DNA of 62,265 bases, filler included, from Chiloscyllium plagiosum (taxonomy: Eukaryota): NCBI RefSeq assembly GCF_004010195.1. It is 3 parts of one record of this genome, joined end to end, with 100 filler letters (N's around TTAATTAATTAA, not from the genome) between each part and the next. Parts side by side here need not be neighbours in the genome. Positions count along the whole stretch, not along the records: positions 1 to 31,266 come from NC_057715.1; 2 more parts are not named here. The stretch is one strand, 5' to 3'. Shown piece after piece: positions 1 through 13,533 of this stretch. The notes under the pieces were generated by a model. That model searched no databases. It had not been told where the DNA came from and saw nothing but the letters and a program-made list of their open reading frames with translations. Numbering within the stretch: the stretch's first letter is position 1; each line of letters opens with the position of its first letter. The position numbers were made by a program, and so were the translations under genes.

Positions 1-295
1 GTGGATGGGAGATCCCCTGAGGTGATGAGGTAATTGGTGGTCTGGGAGATGATGGTTTGGTGGTGGGAGGTGGGGTCATGGTCAAGGGGGCAGTAGGAGG
101 AGGTGTCCGCGAGCTGGCGTTTAACCTCAGCAGTGTAAAGATCGGTGCGGCAAACTACCACCATGCCTCCCTTGTCTGCCGGTTTGATAGTGAGGTTGGA
201 GGGAGTGGAGGGCTGCACGTTGCGAGGGTGAGAGTTTGGAGTGGGTAAGAGGGGTGGACAGGTTGAGGCGGTTAATGTCGCGGCAGCAGTTGAAA
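1..295 (-). mobile_element. Penelope-like element fragment (pre-RT region), cut by the window edge
   Basis: Minus strand reads, across a frameshift, ...LSPSQRAALHSL / LTIKPADKGGMVVVCRTDLYTAEVKRQLADTSSY; KPADKGG is typical of PLE ORFs. Confidence 0.75.
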
Positions 296-470
296 TTTTC
301 TGCAACGACATATTGAGAAACCAAATGGAGAACAAGCCATTTTCGACTGGGTATTGTGCAATTAGAGAGGAATGATTGGCAGTCTTGCTGTATGAAGCCC
401 ATTTGGAGAAGAGTGACCAGAAAGATGATAGAATTCCTCCACTAAGATGGAGAGTGATGTAATTGATTCT

Positions 471-2035
471 TGTATGGAGGAGCCGGTGTTAGACTAGGGT
501 GGACAAAGCTAAAAATCACACAACAGCAGGTTATAGTCCACCAGGTTTATTTGGAGGCACTAGCTTTCAGAGCGTTGCCCATTCATCAGGTAGTTGTGGA
601 ACAGGACCATAAGACACCGAATTTATAGCAAAAGATTACAGTGTCATGTAACTGAAATTATATATTGAACAACCCTAGATTGTTGTTAGGTCTTTCATTT
701 TTTAGAATGTGTTGCAGGTTTCGGTTCATTAATATGTAAATCCCCAAACTACTTTTAAGTTACATTCTTGAGATAACAAGGTTTTTAAAAAAGGTGAAAT
801 CTCAGCTTAGACAATGGTGTGAGGTTAGAGGCTGTCTGTATCCCAATCTTGAGTCAGATTGGTTTTATTTCCAAAGTGGAATTTATAAAATATTACAGAC
901 TGGCTGCAGATTGTGTGCTTTTTGAGCAAAATAGAATGTATCTGAAAAGAGAATTCTGCAAATGCAAATTCACCCCATAGACTTATATGTGTGTGTGCAT
1001 GAGAGAGAGGGAGAGAGAGTCGATGTATGTGAGTGTGCATGTGAGTGTGAGTGAATGTACAAGTGTGTGTCTGCATGTGTGCATGTGAGTGTGGGGGGGA
1101 TGTGTGTGTGGGTGTGAGTGTGAGAGATTGTTTAGTGCAATGGGGGATGGTCACCTGCAGATCCAAGGCCAAATGTCTGGACCACTGAAGTGTTCCCTGA
1201 CTGGGATGGAACATCCCTGTCTGGTGATTGTTGCGCAGTGTCCATTCATCCATTATCATAGCATCTGCTTGATCTTGCCAAGATACCATGCCTCAGGGCA
1301 TCCTTGCCTGCAGCATGTGAGATAGACAACGTTGACTGAGTCACATGAGTACCTGCCGTGTACATGGTTGGTGGTGTCCCCACGTGTAATGGTGGTATCC
1401 ATGTCAATGCTCTGACAGGTCTTGTTGTGTTTGCCATGACAGGGTTGTATGATGTTGTGGTTAGTGTTGTCCTGAAGGCTGGGCAGTTTGCTGCAAACAA
1501 TGGCCTGTTTAAGATTTGGTGGTTGTTTAAAGGCAAGAAGTGGAGGCGTAGGGAAGGTTTTGGCAAGGTGCTCATCCTCATCGATAATGTGTTGCAGGCT
1601 GCGAAGAACATGACATAGTTTTTCTGCTCCTGGGAAGTAGTGGACAATGAAGGGTACCCTATCGGTTGCAGCCTGTGTCTGTCTCCTGAGGAGGTCATTA
1701 CGGTTTCTTGCTGTGGCACTTCGGAACTGGCGATCGATGAGTTGAGCATTGTATCCTGTTCTTATGAGTGCATCCTTCAGCACCTTTAGGTGTCTGTCAT
1801 GTTCCTCCTCACCTGAACAGATCTTGTGTATGCGTAGGGCTTGTCCGGAGGGGATGGCTGTTTTAAGGTGTTTCGGGTGGAAGTTGGAGAAGTGTAGCAT
1901 TGTGACGTTAACTGTGGGTTTGCGGTAGAGTGAGGTACTGAGGTGCCCATCCTTGACGGAGATGCGAGTGACAAGAATGAGATAGGTACTAAAAAGTAGT
2001 CCATGGTAGGTCTGATGGTAGGATGAAACTTGTTA
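471..2035 (-). mobile_element. Penelope-like element, left arm of an inverted pair (RT C-terminus, GIY-YIG, microsatellite, hammerhead end)
   Basis: ORF 1256..1900 (FHPKHLKTAIPSGQALRIHKICS...VVYLTCCRQGCPEAWYLG); minus-strand CTGATGA...GAAAGCTA near 560-590; flank aattgattct at 461-470. Confidence 0.88.
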
Positions 2036-2039
2036 ATAT

Positions 2040-3690
2040 CTCACTCTACCGCAAACCCACGGATAACCTCACAAAGCTTAACTTCTCCAGCTTCCACCCG
2101 AAATATATCACAACAGCCATCCCCTATGGACAAGCCCTACGCATAAACAGAATCTGTTCAGATGAGAAGGAACATGATGGACACCTGAAGGTGCTCAGGG
2201 ATGCTCTCATAAGGACAGGGTACGATGCTCAACTCATTGATTGCCAGTACCGATGTGTCATATCGAGAAACCGTAATGACCTCCTCAGGAGACAGACACA
2301 GGCTGCAACTGATAGGGTACCCTTCATTGTCCACTACTTCCCAGGAGCAGAGAAACTACGCCATGTTCTTTGTCACCTGCAGCACATTATCGATGAGGAT
2401 GAGCACCTCACCAAGTTCTTCCCTACACCTCTATTTCTCGCCTTTAAACAACCGCCTAACCTTAAACAGATCATCATTCTCAGCAAACTGCCCAGCCTTC
2501 AGGACAACATTGACCACAACACTGTACAACCCTGTCATGGCAACCACTGCAGGACGTGTCAGAGTGAACCACCATTACATGTGGGACACCTCCCATCATG
2601 TACGCGGCAGGTACTCATGTGACTCGGCCAATGTTGTCTGTCTCATAAGCTGCAGGCAAGGATGCCTTGAGGCATGGTACATTGGTGAGACCAGACAGAC
2701 GCTCCGACAATGGATGAATGGACACTGCGCAACAATCGCCAGACAGGGATGTTCCCTCCCAGTAACACTTCAGTGGTCAGGGACATTTGGCTTCGGTGGA
2801 CTTCGGGATATGCAACAACGTGGCCGAGCAGAGGCTGATAGCCAAGTTCGGTACCCATGGGGATGGCCTCAAACAGGACCTTGGGTTCATGTTACACTAC
2901 AGGTGACCCCTCTATGCTATACACTCTCTCTCTCTCTCGCTCTCTCTCTCACACACACACGCACACACGCACACACACACACACACACTCTCTTACATAT
3001 ACACACTCCCACTTATATATACACACATACCTCCCACACTCACACCCACGCACACACCCTCTCACAGGTTAAGATTCCATAACACTCACACACACATTTT
3101 ACCAAGCATGCAGACACGCAAACACACTTGCTCTCACACACACTCGCACAGAGATGCACACACACACATGCAGACTCTCTCTCTCTCTCATGCACACACA
3201 CACATGCAAGTCTATGGAGTGAATTTGTATTTGTGGAATTATATTGGCAGATACATTGCATTTTGCTCAAAAAGTGCACAATCTGCAGGCAGTCAATCCA
3301 CGTAATATTTTATAAATTCCACTAGGGAAGTAGAACCAGTTTGAGTCAAGATTGGGATACAGACAAACTCTAACCTCACACCTTTAATGCTTTGCCTGGA
3401 GCGGAGGTGTCACTTTTTTTAAAAACCTTTGTTATCTCAAGAATGTGACTTAAATGTAGTTCTGGGATTTACATATTAATGAACCAAAACCTGCAACCCA
3501 TTCTAAAAGATGAAAGACTTAACAGCAGTCTAGTTTTGTTCAATGTATTGCATCAGTTGCATGACACTGTAATCTTTTGCTAGAAATTCTGTGTCTTATG
3601 GAACTGCTCCACAACCACCCGCTGAAGGAGCAGCGCTGTGAAAGTTAGTGTTTCCAAACAAACCTGGATGACTATATCCTGGTGTTCTGA
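2040..3690 (+). mobile_element. Penelope-like element, right arm of the inverted pair
   Basis: ORF 2023..2622 (YRKPTDN...AIPYGQALRINRICS) and GIY-YIG WYIGETRQTLRQWMNGH; CA-rich tract about 2920-3205; decayed hammerhead about 3620-3650; aattgattct repeated at 3691-3700. Confidence 0.88.
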
Positions 3691-4293
3691 AATTGATTCT
3701 CAGATTAGTGTCCTGAATCTAGATAGAAGAAACTATGATTGTATGAAGTACAATTTGGAAACGTCATTCAACAGGATGACAGTAGATAAGGAATCACAAA
3801 CATGTCAACGTGCATGGAGGAACCACAATTGTTCATTTCTGGCCCATAAATATAACAGGAAAGGTGGCCTAACCATGACTAACAAGAAAGATTAGGGATA
3901 GCATTGCATCCAAGGAAGGGGTGGACAAATTTGTCAAAAAAGGTACAGACCTGAGGATTGGGAGCAGTTTAGAGTTTAGTAAAAGAGGACAAAATGATTG
4001 ATTTAAGACGGGAAAATACAGTATCAGAGTAGGCTTGTGGGGAATATGCAAATTGACTGACTGTTAAAGCTTCCATAAGTATATGAAGAGAAAAAGATTA
4101 AGTGAAGGCAGTTGTAGGCAAAGCAATAAAATTTGGACTATCTTCACAAAGGAGGGCACAAATAGCACCCTGTTGAGTAACACATGATTTAGTGAGCAGG
4201 AAGAAGTGAAGGAAATCAGTATTAGCAGCGGAATTGTGTTGGGGAGATTGATAGGACTGCATGCAGATAAATCACCAGAATCCCAGAGTACTC

Positions 4294-5130
4294 AGGTTAC
4301 AACAGGATCTTGACCAGGATCTTGGGCTGAGAAGTGGCAGGTGGAGTTTAATTCAGATAAATGTGAGGTGCTGCATTTTGGGAAAGCAAATCTTAGCTGG
4401 ACTTATACACTTAATAATAAGGTCCTAGGGAGTGTTGCTGAACAAAGAGACATTGGAGTGCAGGTTCATAGCACCTTGAAAGTGGAGTCGAAGGCAGATA
4501 GGATAGTGAAGAAGGCTTTTGGTATGCTTTCCTTTATTGGTCAGAGTATTGAGAACAGGAGTTGGGAGGTCATGTTGCGGCTGTACAGGTCATTGGTTAG
4601 GCTACTGATGGAATATTGCGTGCAATTCTGGTCTCCTTCCTACCGGAAAGATGTTGTGAAACTTGAAAGGGTTCAGAAAAAGGATGTTGCCTGGGTTGGA
4701 GGATTTGAGCTATAGCAAGAAGCTGAACAGGCTAGGGCTGTTTTCCCTGGAGCGTCGGAGACTGAGGGATGATCTTATAGAGATTTACAAAATTATGAGG
4801 GGCATGGATAGGATAAATAGACAAAGTCTTTTCCCTGGGTTGGGGAGTCCAGAACTAGAAGGCATAGGTTTAGGGTGAGAGGGGAAAGATATGAAAGAGA
4901 CCCAAGGGGCAACCCTTTCACACACAGGGTGGTATGTGTATGGAATGGTGGAGGCTGGTACAATTGCAACATTTAAAAGGCATTTGGATGGGTATATGAA
5001 TAGGAAGGGTTTGCGGGATATGGGCCGGGTGCTGGCAGGTGTGACTGGATTGGGTTGGGATATCTGGTCGGTGTGGACGGGTTGGACTGAAGGGTCTGTT
5101 TCCATGCTGTACATCTCTATGACTCTATGA
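4294..5130 (+). mobile_element. 5'-truncated CR1 LINE
   Basis: EFNSDKCEVLHFGKAN...YCVQFWSPSYRKDVVKLERVQ; 3' tail ctctatgactctatga. Confidence 0.9.
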
Positions 5131-6038
5131 CATAAGGAAGTAGATCTACAAATAACGGATGCATTGGTGGTTACCTTTCAAGATCCTATAGACCCTGGAA
5201 CAGCTCAAATGGATTAAAGGGTAGCAAATGTAACCCAACTATTTTTTTAAAACGATAGAAAACAAACAGGGAATTATAGATTGGTTAACCCTAATGGTAG
5301 TAGGGAAAATGTTAGGGTCTACTTTAAAAGGGTTAAGAACAGAGCACTTGGGAAACAATGATAGGATCAGATAGGGCCAACATCGATTTGCATAGGGAAA
5401 ATCATGTTTGACAAATTTACTGGAATTTTTCAAGGATGTGATTTATAGAATTGATAAGGGGGAGCCAGTGGATGTGATTTATTTGGACTTTCAGAAGACT
5501 TTCGATAAAATCCATGAGAGATTAGCTTGGAAGGTTAAAGCCGATGAGAAATGGTGATAGTGTACTAACATGGATACAGAATGAGTTGGCAGACCAATAG
5601 AAATAAAAGCATCTTTTTCTGAGTGGTAGCCAGTGACTAGTACGGTACCACAGGGATCAGTGTTTGGACCCCATCTATTCACAGTGTATATTAAGGATTT
5701 AGATAACGGAACTAAATGGAGTATCTCCAAGTTTTGAGATGACACAAAGTTGGGTGGAAGGGTAAGCTGTGAGCAGGATGCAGAGATGTTGCACTGTGAT
5801 TTGGAAAAGTTGAGTGGTCAAATGCATAGCAGGTGAAGTATAAAGTGGATGAATGTGAGGTTATCCATTTTGGTAGCAAACGCTGGAAGGCAGATTATTA
5901 TCTGAATGATAAATTTGGAAAAGGGGAGGTGCAGCGACACTTGGATGTTGTCATACAACATCCACTGAAAATAAGCATGCAGGTGAGGAAGGCAAGTGGT
6001 AAGTGGTAGTTAGCCTTCATAGCAAGAGGATTGGTATA

Positions 6039-6209
6039 CAGAGGATGACTATTGGGAAGGACACAGGCAGGGAGTATTTTGTTCAGTTAATAAAATGCCG
6101 GATAACCGAATGCCGGATAACATAGTTAGCCAACCATTGGGACCTTGCCATCTTGTTCAGATAATCGGAAATTCTGTTAATCGAATGCCAGATAATCAAG
6201 GTTCCTCTG
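6039..6209. mobile_element. Tc1/mariner-pogo (Tigger-like) MITE
   Basis: ta|cagagga...tcctctg|ta termini with TA duplication inside a CR1; partial related copy at about 15015-15107 ending ggataatcgaggttcctctg|ta. Confidence 0.7.
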
Positions 6210-6787
6210 TACATGAGCAGGGATGTCTTGCTGCAACCATGCAGGACCTTGGTGAGATCACAGCTGAAGTTCTATGTGCAGTTTTGGTCATTTTGTCTGA
6301 GGAAGGACGTTCTGGCTGTGGAGGGAGTGCAATGAAGGTTTGCCAGACTGATTTCTGGGATGGCAGAACTGATGTGTATGAAGCGAGGTTAGATCAATGA
6401 GGACTGTATTGACTGGAGATTAGAAGAATGAAGAGGGACTTCATAGGAACCTATGAAACTCTAGTAGCACTAGACATTCCTAATGACGGGTGAGTCTAGA
6501 TCCAGGGGAAACAGGATACCGGGTAAGCCATTTTGGACAGAGATGAGGAGAAATTTCTTCACCTTGAGTGTGTGAGCCTTTGGAATTCACTTCCACGGAA
6601 AGTAGCTGAGGCCAAAATATTCAGTTTTCAAGAGGGAGTTAGATACGTTCTTTGGGTTAAATAGATCAAAGAATATGGAGAGAAAGCAGGAACAAGATAT
6701 TGAGTTGGATGAACAGCCCTGATTTCATTCAATGGCAGAGCAGGCGCAAAGAACTGAATGACATACAGCTACGTCCCTATGTTTAAA

Positions 6788-6992
6788 TAAAGTTAGAAAT
6801 CACATGATACCAGGTTATAGTCCAACAGTTTTATTCAAAATCACAAGCTTTCAGAGTGCTGTACATCCTTCCTCAGGTGAAGTCACCTTCTGAAAGCTTG
6901 TGATTTCAAATAAACCTGTTGGACTATAATCTGCTGTCTTTTGACTTCTGACTTTGTCCACTCCAGTCCAACACCAGCGCCTGCACATCACG
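6788..6992. mobile_element. Penelope pLTR fold-back mini-insertion
   Basis: Inverted copies of the PLE end (aaataaacctgttggactataa); 12-bp TSD cctatgtttaaa at 6776-6787 and 6993-7004. Confidence 0.8.
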
Positions 6993-7764
6993 CCTATGTT
7001 TAAACAAGACCTGAAAGTGGATTTGCAAGGGGATGAAACTAGCAGAAGCACTCGTTCGTTCACGTTGGTTGTAATTTGAATTTCACTTCCTTGACTTTAG
7101 GTCAGAAGTGTAAAAAACTGATTTAAATAAGAAGTTGGCTTGGAATGTTTGAGGAGTGTTCTTTTAAGGCTTGATTTTCATCTCCTCAGTGATACAAGTA
7201 CAATTTCAGGTTTTTGAACATGTGTACAAATGTTGGAAAGGCAGGCATTCTGTTTAAAGAGCAAAATCTCTCTGACATGCTCAGACACCAGCTGTCAAAT
7301 GTTCTGTCTTCTTCCACTTAAACAAGTTTTCAAATTCTCCAATGTTACCTAAATGACAAGAAAGATGCTTTTTTTATTGGTCTCTGAAGTTAAGCAAATC
7401 TCTGTTCAGATGTCAAGCTGAGTTCCAACTAGACTGCTTTGGGAACGAGCTGTTTTCCTGCACTATTCATATGAAGTGCAAATATCTCAGTAATCTGCCA
7501 GTAGGATACTGAATCTTATTGTTTTGACAGGAGGATTGTGAATGTGTTTGCTCAGAATAGAAAATGTGCTGACTGATTAATCATTAAATAAACAATATAG
7601 TACTTTGGATAGTTCCAAATGAACATTCAGTGCATTTATGATAATTTTAAGTCTTTTAGTTTAGGTCATAGAGTCAGAAGTTTACAGCATGGAAACTGGC
7701 CCTTCGGCCCAACTAGTCCATGGCACCCAGTTTAAGTGAAGAAGTTATAGATACTTACAAGAAA

Positions 7765-9870
7765 CAAAGAGCAAAGAAACTTAAAGCATCGGAACAGGGC
7801 CTCTGGCCCTCCAAGGCTGCAACAATCCACATCCTCTATCTAAACCTGTCATCTATTTTCTAAAGATCTGTATCCCTCTGCTCCCTGCTCATTCATGTAT
7901 CTGTCTAAATACATCTTAAATGACGCTACCGTGCCTACCTCTACCACCTCTGCTGGCAATGTGTTCCATGCACCCACCACCTTCTGCATAAAGAACTTTC
8001 CACGTGTTTCTCCCTTAAACATTTCCCCTCTCACCTTAAACTCATGACCCCTAGTAATTGGGTCCCCCGCTCTGGGAAAAAGCTTCTTGCTATCCATCCT
8101 GTCTATTCCTCTCATGATTTTGTAGACCTCAATTAGGTCCCCCTTCAACCTCCCTTTCTTTGAAAATAATCCTAATCTAGTCAACCTCCCCTCATAGCTA
8201 GCACCCTCCATACCAAGCAACATCCTGGTGAACCTCCTTTGCACTGTCTCCAAAGCATCCACGTCCTTTTGGTAATGTGACGACCAGAACTGTACGCAGT
8301 ATTCAAAATGTGGCCAAACTAAAGTCCAATACAACTGTAATACGACCTGCGTGCTCTTGTACTCAGTACCCCGTCTGATGAAGGAAAGCAATGAGTATGC
8401 CTTCTTGACCACTCTATCGACCTGCATTGCCACCTTCAGGGTACAATGGACCTGAACACCCAGATCTCTCTGCATATCAACTTTCCCCAGAGCTTTTCCA
8501 TTTAACGTATAGTCCATTCTTGAATTGAATCTTCCAAAATGCATCATCTCACGTTTGCCCGGATTGAACTACATCTGCCATTTCTCCGCCCGACTCTCCA
8601 ATCTATCTATATTCTGCTGTCCCCTTCACTATCTGACGTTTTCTGACAGTTCCCTTCACTATCTGCTACTCCACCAATCATAGTGTTATCTGCAAACTTG
8701 CTAATCAGACCATCTGTACTTTCCTCCAGATCATTTATGTATATCATAATGGTCAGGTGAAATTTGAGACTAGCAAAGAGGAAAAAGGAAGCATACATAA
8801 GGTCTAAATGACTGAAAACACATGAAGCTTTGGAAGGATATCAGTAACGTAGGACTGAACAACAGTGGCCCTAACATGGATTCCTGTGGAACATGACTGT
8901 TCCACTACTACTCTCCGCCTCCTGCTGCCCAGTCAGTTCTCTCTCCATCTAGCTTGTACACCCTGCACCCCATGCAACTTCACTTTCTCCCTCAGCCTAC
9001 CATGGAGAACCTTATCGAACACCTTACTGAAGTCCATGTATATGACATCCACAGCCCTTCCCTCGTCAATCAACTTTGTTACTTTCTCAAAGAATTCTAT
9101 TAAGTTAGTAAGACATGACCTTTCCTGCACAAAACATGCTGCCTATCACTGATAGGCCCATTTCTTTCCAAATGTAAATATATCCTATCCCTCAGTATCT
9201 TCTCCAGCAGCTTCCCTACCACTGACATCAGATTCACCAGTCCAAAATCACCTGGATTATCCTTGCTACGCTTCTTCAACAAGGGGACAACATTAGCAAT
9301 TACCAGTCCTCTGGGACCTCACCCATGTTCAAAGATGCTGCAAAGATATCTGTTAAGATCCCAGGTATTTCCTCTCCCGCTTCCTTCAGTAACCTGGGAT
9401 AGGTCCCATCTTAATGCCTTTTGGAGTACCCAACACTTCCTCCCTCCTTATGCCGACTTGACCTAGAGTAATCAAACATCCGTCTCTAACCTCAGTATCC
9501 GTCATGTCCCTCTCCTCAGTGAATACCAAATCAAAGTACTCATTAAGAATCTCAACCATTTTCTCTGACTCCACGCATAACCTTCCTCCTTTGTTCTTGA
9601 GTGGGCAAACCCTTTCTCTAGTTACCCTCTTGCTCCTTATACACGAATAAAAGGTTTTGGGATTTTCCTTAACCCTGTTTGCTAAAGATATTCCAAGACC
9701 CCTTTTAGCCCTCTTAATTCTTTGTTTCAGGTTGGTCCTACTTTTCTGATATTCTTCCAAAGCTTCACCTGATTTCAGTCACCTTTTTCCTCTTGGCTTG
9801 TCTCTCAATTTTACTTGTCATCCATGGTTCCCTAACCTTGCCATTTCTATTGCTCATTTTCACAGGGACA
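7765..9870 (-). mobile_element. CR1 LINE ORF2 (RT) remnant
   Basis: ORFs 7849..8547, 8933..9130, 9100..9282, 9386..9760 with SCLTNLIEFF, VDVIYMDFSKVFDKV, SKFADNT, YCVQFWS. Confidence 0.92.
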
Positions 9871-10041
9871 TGCCTGGGCTGAGAAATACTGTAGAAGAAG
9901 CTTGGTAGTCGTAAACAGTTTGCTTAATATGTGCTAATAGCTGAGGATGTAAATGTTGTTGCAAGGGTGCCAGTCAAAGCTTTGTCCCGGATGGTGTTGA
10001 ATGGCCTTGGATGTTGCTGGAATTGCACTCATCCGTGCAAG

Positions 10042-10203
10042 ACAAAAGCAGATGCTGGAAACCAGAGTTTAGATCAGAGTGGTGCTGGAAAAGCACAGCA
10101 GGTCAGGCAGCATCCGAAGAGCAGGAAAATCGATGTCGATTTTCCTGCTCTTCGGATGCTGCCTGACCTGCTGTGCTTTTCCAGCACCACTCTGATCTAA
10201 ACT
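10042..10203. mobile_element. Penelope pLTR fold-back with a perfect 68-bp palindrome
   Basis: Arms 10066-10133 and 10136-10203 are exact reverse complements; 15-bp TSD actcatccgtgcaag at 10027-10041 and 10201-10215. Confidence 0.88.
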
Positions 10204-10959
10204 CATCCGTGCAAGTAGAGAGCATTCCATGATCTTGACTTAGAAACTAATTCTACTAAAGCTGCATCCATCATGTAATGATTTAGTTATCAATGATATA
10301 CTCAGACAACAGGTTCAGTGGAATATTGAGAAGTGAGTAATTTACTGTCTGATTCCTCAGTTAGATGATGTAATTTAATCCTGTTAGTACAATCTGGAAG
10401 ATTTGGAATGCGAGGGTGGTAGAGTTATTCTGCCTAGAGAAAACATTTTTTTGGGATGCGCATTTAAATTGCAAATGAAACAAACACAGTTTCAAAGCTT
10501 TTCTGGATAATGACTATGTGCAACATTTGGAATATCTGATTGTTGCTCGTTCCAAATAAATCATCTTAATAAGCGAGAGTTGACTAATTTAAGGATGGAC
10601 TGCAGCATGTCACTGCCAGGCATAAAAAGAAGCAGGGTTGCAAACACCTTTTTAAAAAAAATGTAAGTAGTTTGAGTTTTAATGGCATTTCTGTTATTCT
10701 AAATATGAGATGAAATTGGCCATTTATTCCTCCTTATTCTATTTGAATAGTGGTTTATTAATTGATCATGTAAGACACTTATTCTGATTGCAACATTCAT
10801 CCATTTTTAGAATAGAATCTAATCATTTGGTCCATCGTGACTGCGTAGGCTTTTTGATCTCATCAATCGCTCTACCCCAGCACGTTCCCACGACCCATAC
10901 TATTACAGAAGCCGAATAGTATCAGCAGGAATAGCCATCACACAGTGCTTCTGAATATA

Positions 10960-12885
10960 AAAAGTCTCTTCACATTGAGTTGTTTTGTGTAACACTATTA
11001 CTATGCTCAGTGAGATAGATTTCAAACAGATCCAGCGATTCAAGACTGGGCCGCCATGAGGCATCAGCAGCAATAGAATTGTACTTCTGACAGTCTGCAG
11101 TCTCATGACCCATGTATCCCACATTTTACCAATACCATAAAACTGGGGATCTGCCCTGGGTTCAGTGGAGAGTGTAGGAGGCCATTGCCAGGAGCAGCGG
11201 CAGGCACACCTAAACATGAGGTGTCAACCTGGCGAAGCTACAAAAGGGGGACTACCTGCCAAACAATATCCACAGCAGTGATAGACAGGGGTAAGTGATT
11301 CCAGATCTAAGCTCCGCAATCTTGCCACATGCTGTCCTGAATGGTGGTGGCCAGTTAAGCAACTCAGTGGAGGATGAGGCTGCATAAATATCCCGATCTT
11401 CAATAATAAGGAAGCCTGTCACATCTGTGCAAAAGGTAAGGCTGAAGCATTTGCAACAATCTTCAGCCAGAGTGCCAGCCTTCTCCAGCGAGCCCCAGCA
11501 TCACAGGTACCTGTCTTCAGCCAATTCAGTTCACTCCAGGTGATATCAAGAAATGGTTGGAACCACTGGATGCTGCAATTCTGTGGGCCCTGTCAATAGT
11601 CCGATAATGGTACTGAAGACTTGGGCTCCAGAGCTTACCGCTGTCCTAGCCAAGCTGTTCCAGTACAGCTACAACACTGGCAGCTAACCAATAATGTGGA
11701 AAATGGCCCAACTTTGTCCTGTTATATGAAAGGCAAGACAAATGCATTCCATCCAGTTACCACCCCATCAGTCCACTCTCGATCATTAGTAAAGTGATGG
11801 AAGGTGTCATCAACAGTGCCACCAACCAGTACCTGCTCAGCATTAACCTGCTCACTGACATCCATTCTGGGTTTCACTGGGACCATCCAACTCCTGACCT
11901 CAGTATAGCCTTGATCTAAGCGTGGACAAAAGAGCTGAACTCCGTTGGTGAGGTAAAAGTAACTGGCCTCAACATCAAGATTGCATTTGACTGAATGTGG
12001 CATCAAGGAGCCCGAACAAAACTAATCAGTGGAGGGTCAGGAAGGTGGGAGGAAATGTTCTGCAAGTTGGCAAAAAAAAGATTGTGGTTGTTGATCACTC
12101 ATTTCTGCTCCAGGGCTTCACTGCAGGAGTCTCTCAGCGTAGTGGTCTCCACTGAACTGTCTCCAGCTGCTTCATCAATGCCCTTCCCTCAATTAAAAAG
12201 CCACAAGTGGGGATTCTTGGCAATGATTACACCATGTTCAGTATAATTTGCAATTCCTCAGCTATTAAAGTGATCCATGTCCAAGTACAACAGGTCCAGG
12301 ACAGTATCCAAGTTGAGCTGACAGGTTACAAGTGACATTCATGCCACATACGTGCCGTCTCCCAACAAGGGACTGGCATTCCGTGGCATAACTACTGTTG
12401 AATCCACACTGTCTTTATCCTGGGGGTTACCACTGACCAGAAACAAATATGTGCAAATACTACACAAATATAGCTACGTAAATACTGTCCCATAAAAGCA
12501 GGATAGAGACTAGGAATCCTGCATCATGTCCTGATTTCCCAAAGCCAGTTCATGATGCACAAGATACAGAGCAGAAATTCACCAGGATATCAAATGGCAC
12601 CTTCCAGACCTACAATTCCTACCAAAGTCAAGGGAGCACCACTACCTGCAAATTGCCTTCCAAGACAGTCGCCATCCTGACTTTTAAATATATTGTCAGT
12701 CTTTTAGTGGTACTGGGTCAGAAGCCTGGCTCTCCCTCCTTTACAGCATTGTGGGTCCCCTAAAGCCGAATGGACTGCAGCATTGTGAGAAGGCAGCTCA
12801 CCAACACCTTCTCAAGGCCAACTATATTAGTCCACTAAATGCTGACCTAGCTCACAACACTCACAGCGTGTGAATGAATTTTACA
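10960..12885 (+). mobile_element. Decayed CR1/L2-group LINE (second family)
   Basis: RT-like remnants (KTWAPELTAVLAKLFQYSYNTG; ISPLSIISKVMEG); the same family occurs on the - strand at about 33140-36520. Confidence 0.7.
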
Positions 12886-13121
12886 AAAACATTATGATAG
12901 AAACATGTGCGTGGCCTTCGAATGTTGAAATAGATACACTTGTTAACAGTCAATGGCAGTTACTGTTATAGAGTAATTCTTAGTTTATGCAACAAACTTT
13001 CACCTTAAAATTTTGTCTGATATTTCTGAATCTGAATTTGTGAGAGGCATGCATTTTTTTTATAGAAAATCGGTTCCATATGATTAATATTTAGATGTTT
13101 ATTTATTAAATTACCTTCTAG

Positions 13122-13295
<174 letters not shown>

Positions 13296-13533
13296 TAACG
13301 AATCATTGTGTACTTGAATTAAAGAGATGTCTCAATGTAGTGCGAGCTGGAGAAAGCCAATGCAGTACGATCCACAGTAACCTCTCCTGTCTGTTGTGCT
13401 TGGGACTAGGTTGTTTATGAATCATTGAGTGACATTAGAACGCCTACCTGCACATGCATAAAGTGGAAAGCACCAAACAGTTGATATGAATATTTGTCTG
13501 CTACATAAATAAACAATGATAAAAATGTAAGGC

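Larger units (their letters stand above)
3701..6787 (+). mobile_element. Old CR1 LINE ORF2 remnant hosting younger insertions (continues upstream at about 300-460)
   Basis: Decayed RT motifs (GKSCLTNLLEFF-like about 5395-5430, DVIYLDFQKTFDK about 5470-5510) and a CR1-type 3' end about 6650-6780. Confidence 0.75.

Noticed and set aside
825..3325. His/Thr-rich and Cys/Val-rich ORFs (825..1289, 2857..3072, 3040..3279, 3108..3305)
   Set aside because: Translations of the (CA/GT)n-like tract inside the Penelope arms.
10042..10203. Reading the palindromic inserts as DNA-transposon MITEs or miRNA genes
   Set aside because: The arms match Penelope 3' ends attached to GIY-YIG ORFs elsewhere in the window (39535-40275, 44646-45387), junctions vary, and TSDs are long and variable.
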